Shown here: piece by piece, positions 1 through 13,030 of the stretch
Numbering within the stretch: the stretch's first letter is position 1
Layout of the letters: the number at the start of each line of letters is the position of its first letter
NCBI RefSeq assembly: GCF_020745735.1
Contig: NC_083409.1
Location: 19,798,341-19,862,340, forward strand
Length of the DNA: 64,000 bases
Source of the DNA: Hemiscyllium ocellatum
Taxonomy: Eukaryota
Direction of reading: 5' to 3'
Made by a program: the position numbers and the translations under genes
The notes under the pieces: model-generated
What the model was told of the DNA's origin: nothing
Database searches by the model: none
Seen by the model: only the letters and a program-made list of their open reading frames with translations

Positions 1-160
1 CTTCTTTCACTTCCTCTTTTGGTGAAGTTTCAACCTTGTGCTCTGGCAGCCTTTGCAGTTATTTTTTACACTGGGGCTTTCTGCTGTGGTCAGAAGTTCT
101 AATAATAAGTGTCCAATCAGTGACAATCACAGCAGCTAAGAGCTGTCAGGACTGAGAAGC
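1..160. promoter_or_regulatory. Conserved non-coding element, copy A (inverted paralogue of 21264-21423); candidate B-cell enhancer
   Basis: 10 mismatches in 160 bp against the reverse complement of 21264-21423. Contains GAGGAAGTGAAAG on - (4-16), matching the Ets-IRF composite GGAAnnGAAA, plus TGTGGT (85-90) and CCAAT (113-117). Function is inferred. Confidence 0.55.
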
Positions 161-164
161 CCGG

Positions 165-600
165 ACTCACTGTGAAACATATTGGGAAGATCAAAGCCAT
201 CCTCTTCATCTCCTGGTCCAAACTCCATCCCTCTCCCTGGGGGTCTGCTGCACAACCAGACTCTTTACAAATGTGGCCACATCTCTGAGAATGATCTGAG
301 CCCTATATCCTCCATATTGTACAGACCAGCTACTGAAAATCTCAATCATGTCTGTGGGACTCCAAACATGACCATTCCAATGTTGTGCTAGCACACATCA
401 CAGCAACCGCCCTCCATAACCTTCAGTTCATCCCAAATTCTGATGCCTGTATCCAAACTTACATCAAGTCCTGTTCCCCCAACCCCCTGCACCCTGTGTC
501 TACATTGGCTCCTCTCCAGCAACTCGTTGATTTCCAAGTTCTCATCCTTGTTCGCAAAACCCTCTCTGCCCTCCACCCTCCCTACCTCTGCCTCAGTCAG
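165..600 (+). mobile_element. L2-type LINE ORF2 C-terminal fragment
   Basis: Degenerate translation resembles the L2 ORF2 C-terminus (LHNLQFIPNSDA..., FQVLILVRKTLSALHPPYLC). Paralogous to 20560-21260. Confidence 0.6.
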
Positions 601-809
601 TGTGATCAGCAATCTTGGATGTACAGCTCTCTGTTTCTTCATCCAAGTCATTGAGAAATATCATAAAAAGCTGAGCTCCCAGCACAGATCCCTGGGGATA
701 CCACTATTCACATCTTCCTCACTGGAGGATGCACTCACTATTCTTCCTCTCTGCCTCCTACCTCCAAACTAATTCCTGACCAAAGACAAATACTTTTCTC
801 TAATTGGTT

Positions 810-1835
810 TGATGGTAGAAAGCAGTGGGTAACAGTGGAAGGATGCTTGTCAGACTAGAGGCCTGTGTCTAGTGGAGTGCCTCAGGGCTCGGTCCTGTGT
901 CCATTACTCTTTGCTAACTACATCAATAATTTGGATGAGAATCTGCAAGGCATGATTGGTAAGTTTGCAGATGACATTACAATAGACATTGAGGGAGGTT
1001 ATCAGAAATTGCAGCAGGACCTTGATCAGCTGGAGAAAGGACAAAATGAGTTCAGAGAGATAATTGTGAGGTCTTGCACTTTAGGAAGTTTAATCGAGGT
1101 GGGAGTACCATGGTGAATGGTAAGGCCTTAAGGACTGTAGTGAAACAGAGAGATCTTGGAGTTCAGGTACACGGTTCTCTGGAAGTTGAGTCACAGTTCG
1201 ACAGGGCAGTGAGGAAGGCTTTTGACACACTGGCCTTCATCAGTCAGGGCATTGAGTATAGAAGTTGAGAAGTTATGTTACCATTGTACAGAACGTTGGT
1301 GAGGTCGCACTTGGAGTATTTGGTCACCTTTGTTATAGGAAGGACATTATTAAACTGGAACAATTTCAGAGGAAATGTACAAGCATGTTGCCAGGACTCA
1401 ACAGTCTGAGTTTTTGTGAGAAGTTGGACAAGCTAGGACTTTTTTCGGAGAATGTAGGAGACTGAGGGTTTTTTTAAAGTGTATAAGACCTTGAGAGACT
1501 GGATAGGGTGAATGCACTCAGTCTTTTTCCCAGGGTTGGGGAATTGAGGATGAGATGGGTTTTAGGTTAGAGGAGAAAGAATAAAAGGGAACCTGAGGGA
1601 CAACTTGTTTACACAGAGGGTGGCACACATATGGAATGAGCTGCCAGTGGAAGTGATTGAGGTGGGTATAATAACAACTTTAAAAAGGCATTTGGACAAA
1701 TACATGGATAGGAAAGGCTCCGAAGGATATGGGCCAAGTGCAGGGAAATGGGGTTAGCGTGGATGGACATTTTGGTCAGCATGGACCAGTGTGGACCAAA
1801 AAGCCTGTCTCTGTGCTGTAGGACTCGATGACTCT
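810..1835 (+). mobile_element. CR1 LINE 3' fragment
   Basis: RT motifs SGVPQGSVLCPLLF and KFADD; ends in the typical CR1 tail (...ctctgtgctgtaggactcgatgactct). Confidence 0.85.
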
Positions 1836-1879
1836 TTGACTCTATAATTCCATAGGTTTCCATATTTACAAACAATATC

Positions 1880-3070
1880 TCAAACACAGAAACAAAGGAA
1901 CGAGCAGCAGGACTAGGCCATTCAGCCCTTCGAGTGGGGTCTGCCATTAAATATGACTATGGCTGATCATTCAACTTAGTCCCCTGCTCCCACTTTTTTC
2001 CCATAACCTTAATCCCTTTCGTCCTCAGTCCCTTTAGGCCAATCTCCTTCTTGAAAACTTTTAATGTTTTGGTCTCAACTGTCCTTCTGTGACAGAATAT
2101 TCCATGAGCTTCCCAGTCTCTGGCTAAAGAAATGTCTCCTCAGCTCAGTCTGAAATAACCTTTCCCTTTTCTTTAAACTGTAATTCCTGGTTCTGGATTC
2201 TCCAATGATCAGGAACATACTTCCTGTGTTTTTCCGGTCTTGTCCTGTTAGGATTTTAAAGGTTCCAACGTGATTCCTCTCAATCTTCTAACCTCCAGTG
2301 AATATAATCCTAACTGATCCAGTTTCTCAACAGATCTCATTGCTGTCATCCCAGGAATCAGTCTGGTAAACTTTCGCTGTCCTCCCTCCACAACCAGAAT
2401 ATCCTTTCTCAGATAAGGAGACCAAAACTGTACACAATACAATCATAAAATCACACAGTACAGAACAGGCCCTTCAGCCCATTAACTGTGTACCAGCCAA
2501 ACTACACTAAACCTGCACCAATCCCACTTTCCAATATGAGCCCATAGCTAGAATGTTATGACATTTCAACTGCTCACCCAAGTACTTTTTAAAGTTTGTG
2601 AGGTTTCCCACGTCAACTGCTCTCCCAGGCTGTGCGTTCCAGACACCCACCACACTCTGGATAAAAAAAGATTTTCCTCAAAACATCTTGAAACTTCCTA
2701 TCTTTCACAATGAATGTAAACCAACTTTTTATTGACCCTCCCATGAAGAAGAACAGCTGCTTTCTTTCCTCCCTGTCCATTCCTCTCATAACCTTATACA
2801 CCTCGATCAGGTCCCCCTCCACCTTCTCTGCTCTGAAGAAAACAACCCGAGCTGATCCAATTTCTCTTCATCACTAAGAGGCTCCGTCCCACACAACATC
2901 CTGGTGATTCCCCTCTGCACCCCATCCAGTGCAATCACATCCTTCTTCCAGTGTGGTGACCCGAACTGCACACAGTACTCCAGCTGTGACCTAACTAATG
3001 TTCTGCTTAACTGCACCATATCCTCCTGCTTTTATAACCAATACCTGACATGACCAAGGCAAGTGTCCTC
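1880..3070 (-). mobile_element. Two stacked CR1 3' fragments
   Basis: YCVQFWSPYLRKD and LEYCVQFGSPHWKKD motifs. The same two-fragment junction recurs inverted at about 19790. Confidence 0.8.
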
Positions 3071-3154
3071 TGATAACCTGTCTTGCCACATTCGGGGATC
3101 AGTGGACAAACACCCCAAGATCACTCTGTTCCTTTGAGCTTTCTCAGGTCCAAG

Positions 3155-6100
3155 AACAAGGGACAAAGAAAATTACAAAACAGGAACAGGCCCTACAACC
3201 CTCCAAGCCTGCACTGATCCATAGCTTCAATCTAGACCTATCATCAATTCTCCAAGGATCTGTATCCCTCTGTTCCCTGCCCATTCATGCATCTATCTCG
3301 ATACATCTTTAATGATGCTATCATGCCCGCCTCTACCACTTCCGCTGGCAACGTGTTCCAGGTACCAACCACTCTCCGCGTAAAGAACTTTCCACGCATA
3401 TCTCCCTTAAACCTTTCTCCTCTCACCTTGAACCCATGGTCCCTAGCAATTGAACCCCTCACTCTGGGAAAAATCTTCTTGCTATCCATCATGTTTATAG
3501 CTCTCATGATTTTGTAGACCTCTAGCAGGTCCTCCCTCAATCTTCAACTTTCTATTGAAAATGATGCTAATCTACTCAACCTCTCTTCATAGCTCATGCC
3601 CTCCATATGAGACAATCCTGGTTAAGCTCCTCTGCACCGTCTGCAAAGCATCCTCATCCTTTTGGTAATGTGGCGACCAGAACTGTATGCAGTATTCCAA
3701 ATGTGGCCAAGACAAATTCTGAAACAATTCTAACATGACCTGCCTACTCTTGGATCCCAACTGATGAAGGAAAGCATGCCATCTGCCCTCTGGACCACTC
3801 TATCAATCTGCATTACCACCTTCAGGGTACAATGGACCCGAACATCCAGATCTCTCTGTGCATCAATTTTCCCCAGGGCTTTCCATTCAGCATATAGTTT
3901 ACTCTAGAATTGGATCTTGCAAAATTCATCAGATCACATTTGCCCAGATTGAACTCCATCTGTCCGTTTCTCTGCCCAACTCTCTAATCTATCTATATTC
4001 TGCTGCATTCTCTGACAGTCCCCTTCACTATCTGCTACTCCACCAATCTTAGTGTCATCTGCAAACTTGTTAATCAGACCACCTATACCTTCTTCCAGAT
4101 CATTTATATATATAATATAAACAAGAGTGTTCTCAGCATGTATTCCTGTTCTCCATTTTGAGAAACTCCCTTCCACTACTACTCTCTGTCTCCTGTTGCC
4201 CAGCCTGTTCTATATCCATCTAGCTAGTACATACTGGACCCCATGCGACTTTAATTTCTCTATCAGGCTACATGGGGAATGTTATCAAACACCTTACTGA
4301 AGTCCATGTGTATGACATCTACAGCTCTTCCCTAATCTATCAACTTTGTCACTTCTTCAAAAAATTCTATGAAGTAGGTAAGACATGAAATTCCCTGCCC
4401 AAAATCATATTGCCTATCACTGATACATCCATTTTCTTCCAAATCAGTATCTGCTTCAGCAGCTTCCCTTCCACTGACGTCAGTCTCACCGCTTGATAAT
4501 TACCTGGATTATCTTTGCTACTCTTTTTATACAAGGGGACAACATTAGCTATTCCCCAGTCCTCTGGAACCTCACCCATGTTCATGATTGCTACATAGAT
4601 ATCTCTTAAGGCCCCAGCTATCTCCTCTCTTGCTTCCCGCAGTACCCGGGGATAGATTCCATCCTGACCTGGGGACCTGTCCACCTTAATGCCTTTTAGA
4701 ATACTCAACACTTTCTCCCGCCTTAAACCAACTTGACCAAGAGTAATCAAACATCTATCCCCAACTTCAATGTCCAGCTTTTCCCTCCCCTTGGTGAGTA
4801 CCAAAACAAACCACTCATTTAGAATCTCTCCCATTTTCCCTGACTCCATGCATAAATTTCCTCTGTCCTTGAGTGGGCCAACCCTTTCTCTAGTCACCCT
4901 CTTGCTCCTTATATATGAATAAAAGGCTTTGGGATTTCCTTAACCCATTTTGCTAATGATGTTTTGTGACCCCTTTTAGCCCTTTTAATTCCTAATTTCA
5001 GATCGGTCCTAGTTTCCCAATATTCTTCCAAAGCTTTGCCTGTTGTCAGCCACCTAGACTTTATGTATGCATCCTTTTTCCTCTTAGCTAGTCTCACAAT
5101 TTCACCTGTCATCCAGGGTTCCCTAGTCTTGTTATTTCAATCCCTCATTGTCACAGGGTCATGTCTGTCCTGCATTCTAATCAACCTCTCTTTAAAAGCC
5201 TCCCACATTTCAAATGTGGATTTGCCCTCAAACACCTGCTCCCAATCCACATTCCCCAGCTTCTGCTGAATTTTGCTTTAGTTGGCCTTCCCCCAGTTTA
5301 GCCCTCTTCCTTTCGGACCACTCTCGTCTTTGTCCATTAGCATTCTAAAACCTTACGGAATTGTGATCACTGTTCCCAAAGTAATCCCCGACTGAGATTT
5401 CAACCACCTGGCCGGGCTCATTCCCCAACACCAGGTCCGGTATGGCCCCTTCCTGAGTTGAACTATTTACATACTATGTAAAATCCTGCTGGGTGCTCCT
5501 TACAAATTTTGCTCTGTCTAAACCTATAACTTTAAATGAATCCCCGTCAATGTTGAGAAAATTAAAATCTCCCATCACTACCACCCTGTTGCTCCTATAT
5601 CTGCCATAATCTGTTTACATATTTGACTGCTATCTCGCGCTCGCTGTTGGGAGGACTATAGTACAGCCCCAGCATTGTTACTGTACCCTTCCTGTTTCTG
5701 AGGTCTGCCCAAATTGCCCCTCTGCTCAAGTCCTCCATCGTGCCTTCCTTCAGCACAGCTGTGATGTTCTCTCTGACCAGTAATGCTACTCCTCTACCCC
5801 TTTTACCTCCGTCTTGAACCCATCAGATACATCTGTATCCTGGGATATTTAGTTGCCAATCTTGCCTTTCCCTCAACCAAGTCTCAGTAATAGCAATAAC
5901 ATCATACTACCAGGTACAAATCCAAGCCCTAAATTCCTCTGCCTTACCTACTACACTTTTTGCATTAAAACAAATGCATCTCAGACCACCTGCCCCTTTG
6001 TGTTCATCATCTACCTATTCTTACCCTTAGTCACGCCCATTTCATTACCTAGTTCCTTACAGGCTTTAGTTACTACCTCCTTACTGTCCACTAACCTCCT

Positions 6101-6500
6101 CATTTGGTTCCCATCACTCTGCTACATTATTTTGAACCGTCCCCAAGAACGTGAGCAAAAGTAGGCTGGAGGACATTGGTTCCAGTCCTGCCCAGGTGCA
6201 GGCATTCTTGATTTGTAATAGTCCCACCTCCCCCAGAACCAATCCCAATGTCGCAAAAATCTGAAACCCCCCACTGCGCCATCTCTCAAGCCACTCATTC
6301 ATCCTGCCTATTCTTCCATGTCTATTCTGACTAATACGCGGCACTGGTTGCAATCCTGAGATTACTACCTCTGAGGTCCTTATTTTTAATGTGGTTCCTA
6401 ACTCCCTAAATTCTGCATGTTGGACCTCATCCCGTTTATTACGTATATCATTGCGGCCTACATGCACCATCACAGCTAGCTGTTCACCCTCCCACTTCAG
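3155..6500 (-). mobile_element. Long degenerate CR1 LINE (ORF1 esterase end, ORF2, 3' tail)
   Basis: ORF1 SGNH-like VHVGRNDI...VVISGL (6114-6659 frame); ORF2 GIYPRVLRE...WGIANVVPLYKK and KFADDTKIGG; frameshifted. Confidence 0.85.
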
Positions 6501-6969
6501 AGCTATTCGGGAGTCTCGTTTTTGACCACAGAACCACCTATCTATTCCCCTTACAAAGTCCAAATAAACCACATCCGCTGGCTCCCCCTTGTCAAATCCA
6601 CTCACTACATCCTCAAACAAGCCCAGTCGATTTGTTAAGCATGATTTTTCTTTTGACAATCCATGCTGACTCTGTCCAATTCTGTCACTGTTTTCTCAGT
6701 GCGAAGCTATAAAATATTTTATAATGAATTTGAGCTTTTTCTCCACTGCTGATGTCCGACTAATTGGTCTAAAATTCCCTAAAGTTAATGCTCAATGTTT
6801 CCCTTCATGGGAAAGTAAGGGCAACGCAGAAAACCACTGAGTGACCACTAGGACACGATCCAGAATACAGGAGGATCAGAAAGCTGAATTGTAGCTATTT
6901 CAATGTAAGGAGCTTGACCAGTAATGTGGTTGAACTGAGAACATTGAACGGCACTTGGGAATATAGAGT

Positions 6970-8050
6970 CAGCGAGACATAGAGATGTACAACGTGGAAA
7001 CAAACCCTTTGGTCCAACCTGTCCATGCCGACCAGATGTCCCAACCCAATCTAGTCCCACCTGCCAGCACCCGGCCCACATCCCCCCAAACCATTTTTAT
7101 TCATGTGTGCATCCAAATGCCTTTTAAATGTTGCAATTGTACTAGCCTCCACCACTTCCTCTGGCAGCTCTTCCATGCACGTACCACCCTCTGCGTGAAA
7201 AAGTTGCCCCTTACGTCTCTTTTATATCTTTCCCCTCTCATCCTAAACCTATGCCCTCTAGTTCTGGACTCCCCAACACCAGGGAAAAGACTTTGACTAT
7301 TTATCCTATCCATGCCCCTCATAATTTTGTAAACCTCTATAAGGTCACCTCAGCCTCTGCCACTCCAGGGAAAACAGCCCCAGCCTGTTCAGCCTCTCAC
7401 TTTAGCTCAAATCCTCCAACCCTGGCAACATCCTAATAAATCTTTTTTGAACACTTTCAAGTTTCACAACATCTTTTCGATAGGAAGGAGACCAGAATAT
7501 TTCAACAGTGGCCTCACCAATGTCCTATACAGCCACAAAATGACCTCCTAACTCCTGTATTCGATACTCTGACCAATAAAGGAAAGCATAGCAGACACCT
7601 TCTTCACTATTCCATCTACCTGTGACTCCACTTTCAAGGAGCTATGAACCTACACTCCAAGGTCTCTTTGTTCAGCAACACTCTCTAGGACCTTACCATT
7701 AAGTGTATAAGTCCTGCTAAGGTTTGCTTTCCCAAAATGCATCACCTCGCATTTATCTGAATTAAACTCCATCTGCCACTTCTCAGCCCATTGGCCCATC
7801 TGATGAAGATCCCGTTGTAATCTGAGGTAACCTTCTTTGCTTAAAAGAAATCCCTGAAGAAGGGCTTATGCCCGAAACATCGATTCTGCGGCTCCTTTGA
7901 TGCTGCCTGACCTGCTGCGCTTTTCCAGCAACACATTTTAAGCTCTGATGTCTAGCATCTGCAGTCCTCACTTTCTCCTAACCTTTTTTGCTGTCCACTT
8001 CACCTCCAATTTTGGTGTCATCTGCAAATTTACTAGCCATATCTCTTATG
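6970..8050 (-). mobile_element. CR1 3' fragment interrupted by a Penelope-end insertion (7842-7978)
   Basis: SRTRGHRF...GNFFTQRVV motif and CR1 tail; TSD-like taaccttctttgct / taaccttttttgct. Confidence 0.8.
7854..7881 (+). ncRNA. Minimal hammerhead-ribozyme motif (Penelope family A)
   Basis: CTGAAGA-A-GGGC TTAT GCCC-GAAAC-ATC; helix III shows CpG decay relative to ACGT. Confidence 0.5.
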
Positions 8051-8059
8051 CTATTTCAT

Positions 8060-9320
8060 ATGCTGTTGCATTGTCTTTTTGGAATATCATGTTGTTGCAA
8101 ATCCTGAGACAAGATTGAACAAAGATAGGACTGGCTGCTCAACATTCCAGGATAGACAAGTCTGAGGTGGGATAGACAGGGTGCAAGAGAGGTGGGTGTG
8201 TTGCATTATTGATAAAAGAAACCATGACTGCAGTATTGCTACTGAAGGAGCATTTCTTGGAAGGGTCTTCAAATGACGCCGTCTGGGTAGAGCGAGACAA
8301 AAGGACAATCACTTCGCTGGGATTATACCACAGGCTCCCCAATAGTCAGATGGAGAGAGAGGAGCAGATATGTCGGCAAATCACTGAGAGGCGTGAGAGG
8401 AATAGGGCTATATTAGCAAGGAATTTCAACTTCTCTAACATAAACTTTATGTTTGACTTCACGTGAAAGGAATTTTTAAAGTCCAACCAGGAGAGCTTTT
8501 GGTGCCATTACGTAGATAGTCCCACTAGACATGGGCAGTGCTGGGCTCAATCCGAGTAATGTCAAATTGTTGAAGAGTCAATGGGTGAGCATTTTGGAGA
8601 TAGGGAACATAACTCTGTACGTTTCCTAATTATTATGGAAAGGAATAAGGGTAGCGCGGAAGTTAAGTGTCTAAAGTGAGGCAAGAGCTAAAAATGTGTT
8701 GCTGGAAAAGCGCAGCAAGTCAGGCAGCATCCAAGGAACAGGAGATTCGACGTTTCGGGTATAAGCCCTTCTTCAAGGCCAATTTCAATTTCATTAGACA
8801 GGATCTGGCAAACATAGACTGGGATCAGTTACTTGGAGGTCAGTCTACATTTGGAAAGTGGGGATCTTTTTAATGTAGTTCAGGATCAGCTCAGAAAGAA
8901 AGGCAAGGACAGCAGCTCCTGGGATCTTGGATGTCAAAGGACATGGATAGTTTGAGAAAGAAAAACGAATACGCACATACAAAGTACAGAGCATCAAAAA
9001 GAGGGGAGTCCCTTCAGGAGAAGAGAAAGTGTGGGGAGGTGCTTAAAAAATAGGAGGACAAAGAGGAGCCATAAAATATCTTTGGCAGCCTGATCCCCTC
9101 ATCACAGAATACTTAGGAAAGTGGCATTAGAAAGAATAGATGCACTCGTCGTCATCTTTCAGAAATCTAGACTCAGGAGCAGTTCCTATGGATTGGAAAG
9201 TGGCTAACATAACCCCACTATTTAAGAAGGAAGACAGAGAGAACACAGTGGTTTTTGTCGACCAGTTAGCTTGACATCAGTAGTGGGAGAAATACGGGAG
9301 TCTATTATAAAAGGTGCGCA
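8060..9320 (+). mobile_element. CR1 ORF2 endonuclease/linker fragments, with a Penelope end on - at about 8675-8776
   Basis: LGLYHRLPNSQMEREEQICRQITE resembles the CR1 APE domain; later PTSLTSVVG-type sequence. Confidence 0.7.
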
Positions 9321-10714
9321 GCAAATGTTGTTGTAACCTGTACCTTATGAACCGGCATTCTTGACAAACCGGCAAAAGTTATATCCCTCAAATGCTGCAA
9401 AATTTAATATATCATTCTGTCCAATTATTATACATTTATAATTTATTAACTTCAGTGTAAATATACTTGTTTTTCAATTGAATGGCCACATGAAATACCA
9501 ACAGTTGATTCAATTTCGAGTCAATTTCTCCTCAAACACGGCGACCTGCCGCGATGCCCGGGTAATCAGTTGAGAGTGTGAGTGAGAAGGATGTGGGGAC
9601 AAAGTGGGCTATTCTAGATACAAAGCATTGCTGACCACAATCATCACCTAGTGGCCTGCTGGGTGTAGCTTGTCAGGAGCTGAACAAGAAAGAAAGAGTC
9701 ATTAAGCTGAACAAGAAAGTTTGCAATTAAAGATGCCCAAGTTAAGTACATAAATCACATACTGAGAGCAAAAGGATTTGCCTGGATTCTGGAAAGGTAA
9801 GAGCGGTGGCAGTGATGTGGTGACTGACAGATGTGAAAACAGTGTAAGGGTTTGTTGGATTCATCAAATATGAAGTGTCAATTTCTAATTAGAGTGACAA
9901 TCATGATGCTAGCCAACTATTCCCATCCCAACTGCTGGTATTATTGGACAACACAGACCTCAGACTGAAACAAACCCAAAAACTGCTGAAGAAATGCAGT
10001 TGGTCTGCAGCAGCTGTAGAGCATAAGTACGCAATGCTGATGATTTAGATTGAATAATAAGACCTCAGTGCACAAAGGAAATGAAGATAAAATAAAGCAT
10101 ACTGACAGAAAACACAATTTCAAAAGATTTCAAAACACGGCAAAATAAAATCCTTTCTATTCTAACATTATTGCTTTATTGTACTTAAATAACAGGGAGA
10201 AGGGGTTCATTTCTCTATCGCGTCTTTCGGTTTAACTTAACTGTAGTTTTCATTTCATTGTCTTGGAAGTTTGATTGCCTTTTCCTTGATGAATACTTCG
10301 CTGGCCACAGGTGTAGTGTCAGACTGGAGGATTGTCAATGTGGTTCCTTTGTTCAAGAAGGGCAGCAGGGATAGGCCAGGCAATTCCAGATCAGTTAGTC
10401 TGATGTCAGTGTGAGGGAAATTATTAGAAAAAATCCTGAAGTACAGGATTAAGCAATACTTGGAGAGGTAGGGATGCCAGTATTGATTTGTTTGACAAAG
10501 GCACCACATGGAAGGCTGGTCCAGATGGTCAGAGCCCATGGGATCCAAGGCAAGTTGACAAGTTGGTGAAGGGTTGTCTTCGTAATTGGTAGCCTGTGAC
10601 CAGTGGTGTATGACAGGAATTGGGGCTGCGACCCTTTCTGTTTGTAATGTACCTTAATGAATTGACTGTGATTGTATAATTAGAAAGTTTTCAGATGCCA
10701 CATAAATTGGTGGT

Positions 10715-11290
10715 GTTGTTGATATTGATTTTATTTTATTGTTACATGGACTTAAATACAAAAGTATGTGATGTCACCTTGGAAGGAGCCATCTGAGGAA
10801 CAAGGACCGAGGTACAGAATCTTAAGAACAAGATATAAAGAAAGCACAAATTTAAGAGTTACACGTTACAGACATCTTGACCTTTTTAGTTTTAAGAAGA
10901 AAATAAAGAAATAAATCTGGAAATTCAATCATTACAGTCTTTCTTAAGCACTGAGCTACCATGGGATCATACTTTGAATCATCACTTCGAGACCGGAAGG
11001 CAAGCTGAGGCTGTGTTGGGCTGAAAGACCACCATTTTCAGCAAAAGACCCTCCTGTGGGTCGAGAGACAACCACGTTGGGCCATTGAGAGATCGCCATG
11101 CTAGGCTGAGAGTCCATCACGCTGGAGTGACAGTCAAGCATTCTGAGCCGAGAGGCCACCACGTTAAACTGAAAGCCCAACACGTCAGACCGAGAGTCTG
11201 CCTCACCGAGCTGGGAGGTCTCTATGCCAGGTCAGGACTCTGCCACACCAAGTCAAGAGGCTGCAACACTGGGGCTGCACTTGTCAGACG
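10715..11290 (-). mobile_element. Probable LINE 3' end with a degenerate 21-bp tandem array
   Basis: Minus strand ends ...catgtaacaataaaataaaatcaat; about 12 units of 21 bp at 11021-11273; interrupts a CR1 fragment. Clade not determined. Confidence 0.5.
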
Positions 11291-11419
11291 TCTGGCAAGT
11301 GAGGCTGGGAGTCCGTGGCTGGGAGAGAAAAGAAGGGAGAACGACAAAAGAAAAACACAAAAGAAAATAAAAACCAGTGGAAGAAAAAGCAGAAAAGGAA
11401 ACAGACGGAGCAGATGAAC

Positions 11420-13030
11420 ATGGTCTGAAGAGTCCTACTCTGCTGCCAACTTGGATTAGTGGGTCTCAGCTGGTAATTGAGCAGAACAATGACAGATGGA
11501 ATTTAATCCTGACAAGTGTAAGGTGATCCAATTTGGGAGGTCTAATAAGGGAAGGATATACACAATGAAAGTTATGTGTCTTGAGTGTCCTTATGCATGA
11601 ATCACAGAGGTTTGGTCTACAGGTACAACAAGCAATTAGGAAGGCAAATAGAATTTTGTCCTTCACTGCGAAAGGGATTCAGTTTAAAAAGCAGAGAGGT
11701 TATGTTGCAGCTGTACAGAATGCTGGTGAGGCCACACCTGGAGTACTTTGTGCAGTTTTGGTCTCCTTACTTGAGAAAGGATGTACTGGCACTAGAAGGG
11801 GTGCAGAGAAGGTTGATTCCAGGGTTGAGGGTGTTGGCTTATGAGGAGAGACTGAGTAGACTGACATATATTCATTGAAACTTAGAAGAATGAGGGGGGA
11901 TCTTATAGAAACATATAAAATTATGAAGAGAATAGATAAGACTGAAGTAGAGAGAATATTTCCACTGGCAGGTGAAACCTGGACAAGAGGGCATCGCCTC
12001 AAAATTAAGGGGAGCAGATTTGGGATTGAATTGAGAAGGAACTTCTTCACCCTGAGGGTCAAAATCTATGAAATTCCTTGCCCAATGAAGTAGTTGATGC
12101 TTCTTCAGTAAACATTTTTAGAGCTCAGATTTATTTTGAAAAATAAAGGAATTAAGAGATAAAATGAGAGCGCAGGTATGTGGAATTGAGTCCAGGAAAA
12201 GATCAGCCATGATCTTATTGCACAGTGGAGCAGGCTCGAAGAGCCAGATGGTCTCATCCTGCTCCTACTTCTTATGTTCTTATGTTCCTTGGGAGTACTG
12301 AGGAACAAAGGGACCTTGGTGTACAAGTCCATCGATCCCAGAAGGTATCAGCACAGCTAGACAGGGTGGTGAAGAAGGCAAATGGGATGCTTGCCATCAT
12401 TAGCCAGTGTGTAGAATATCGGAGTAAGGAAGTCTCGTTATTAATTTACAGAGTATTGATTAGGCCATATCACTGTTGGAAGAACATGATTGGACTGGAG
12501 AGGGTGGAGAGGAGCTTCACCAGGATGTTGCTTGGGATGGAAAGTCTTAGTTATGAGGAGAGAGACTTGATCAACTGGTTTTGTTTCCTGTGGAGCAGAT
12601 GAAATGGGGGGGGGGGGGGAGTGGGGGGGAGGGGGCGTGGTGGAAGGGGGTGGTGGATCTGATTAAGGTATACAATATTCTGAGGGACATAGACAAAGTC
12701 AATTGTGATCATCTTTTCCCCATGGCAGACATGTCTATGACCGGAGGGAATAAGCATAATGTGATGAAAAGGTGGTAGGAGAAGGGAATTGAGGAGTTTT
12801 TTTACCCCAGAGGGTGGTAGAAATATGGAATGTGCTGCTTGAGAAGGTGATGGAGGCAGCTCCTCTCACAACATTTAAGGCACATCCAGATGAGCACATA
12901 AAATGCCAGGGCATGGAAGGCTATGGACCAAGTGCAGGTAAATGGGATTAGTGCAGTTTGGCGTTTACTGATCAGAATCAACATGGTGGGCAGAAGGGCC
13001 TGTTTGTTTGCTGTATGACTCTATGACTAT
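11420..13030 (+). mobile_element. Two stacked CR1 3' fragments
   Basis: LVRPHLEYFVQFWSP, RRMRGDLIETYKIM; two CR1 tails at about 12270 and 13020. Confidence 0.85.

Noticed and set aside
9330-9700. Possible DNA-transposon (Tigger/pogo-like) remnant
   Set aside because: No terminal inverted repeat pair or transposase motif could be established by eye.
12606-12650. G-quadruplex-forming G-runs (also C-runs at ~23440-23480 and ~56025-56057)
   Set aside because: Simple homopolymer expansions, at least the first inside a repeat fragment, with no link to the Ig elements.
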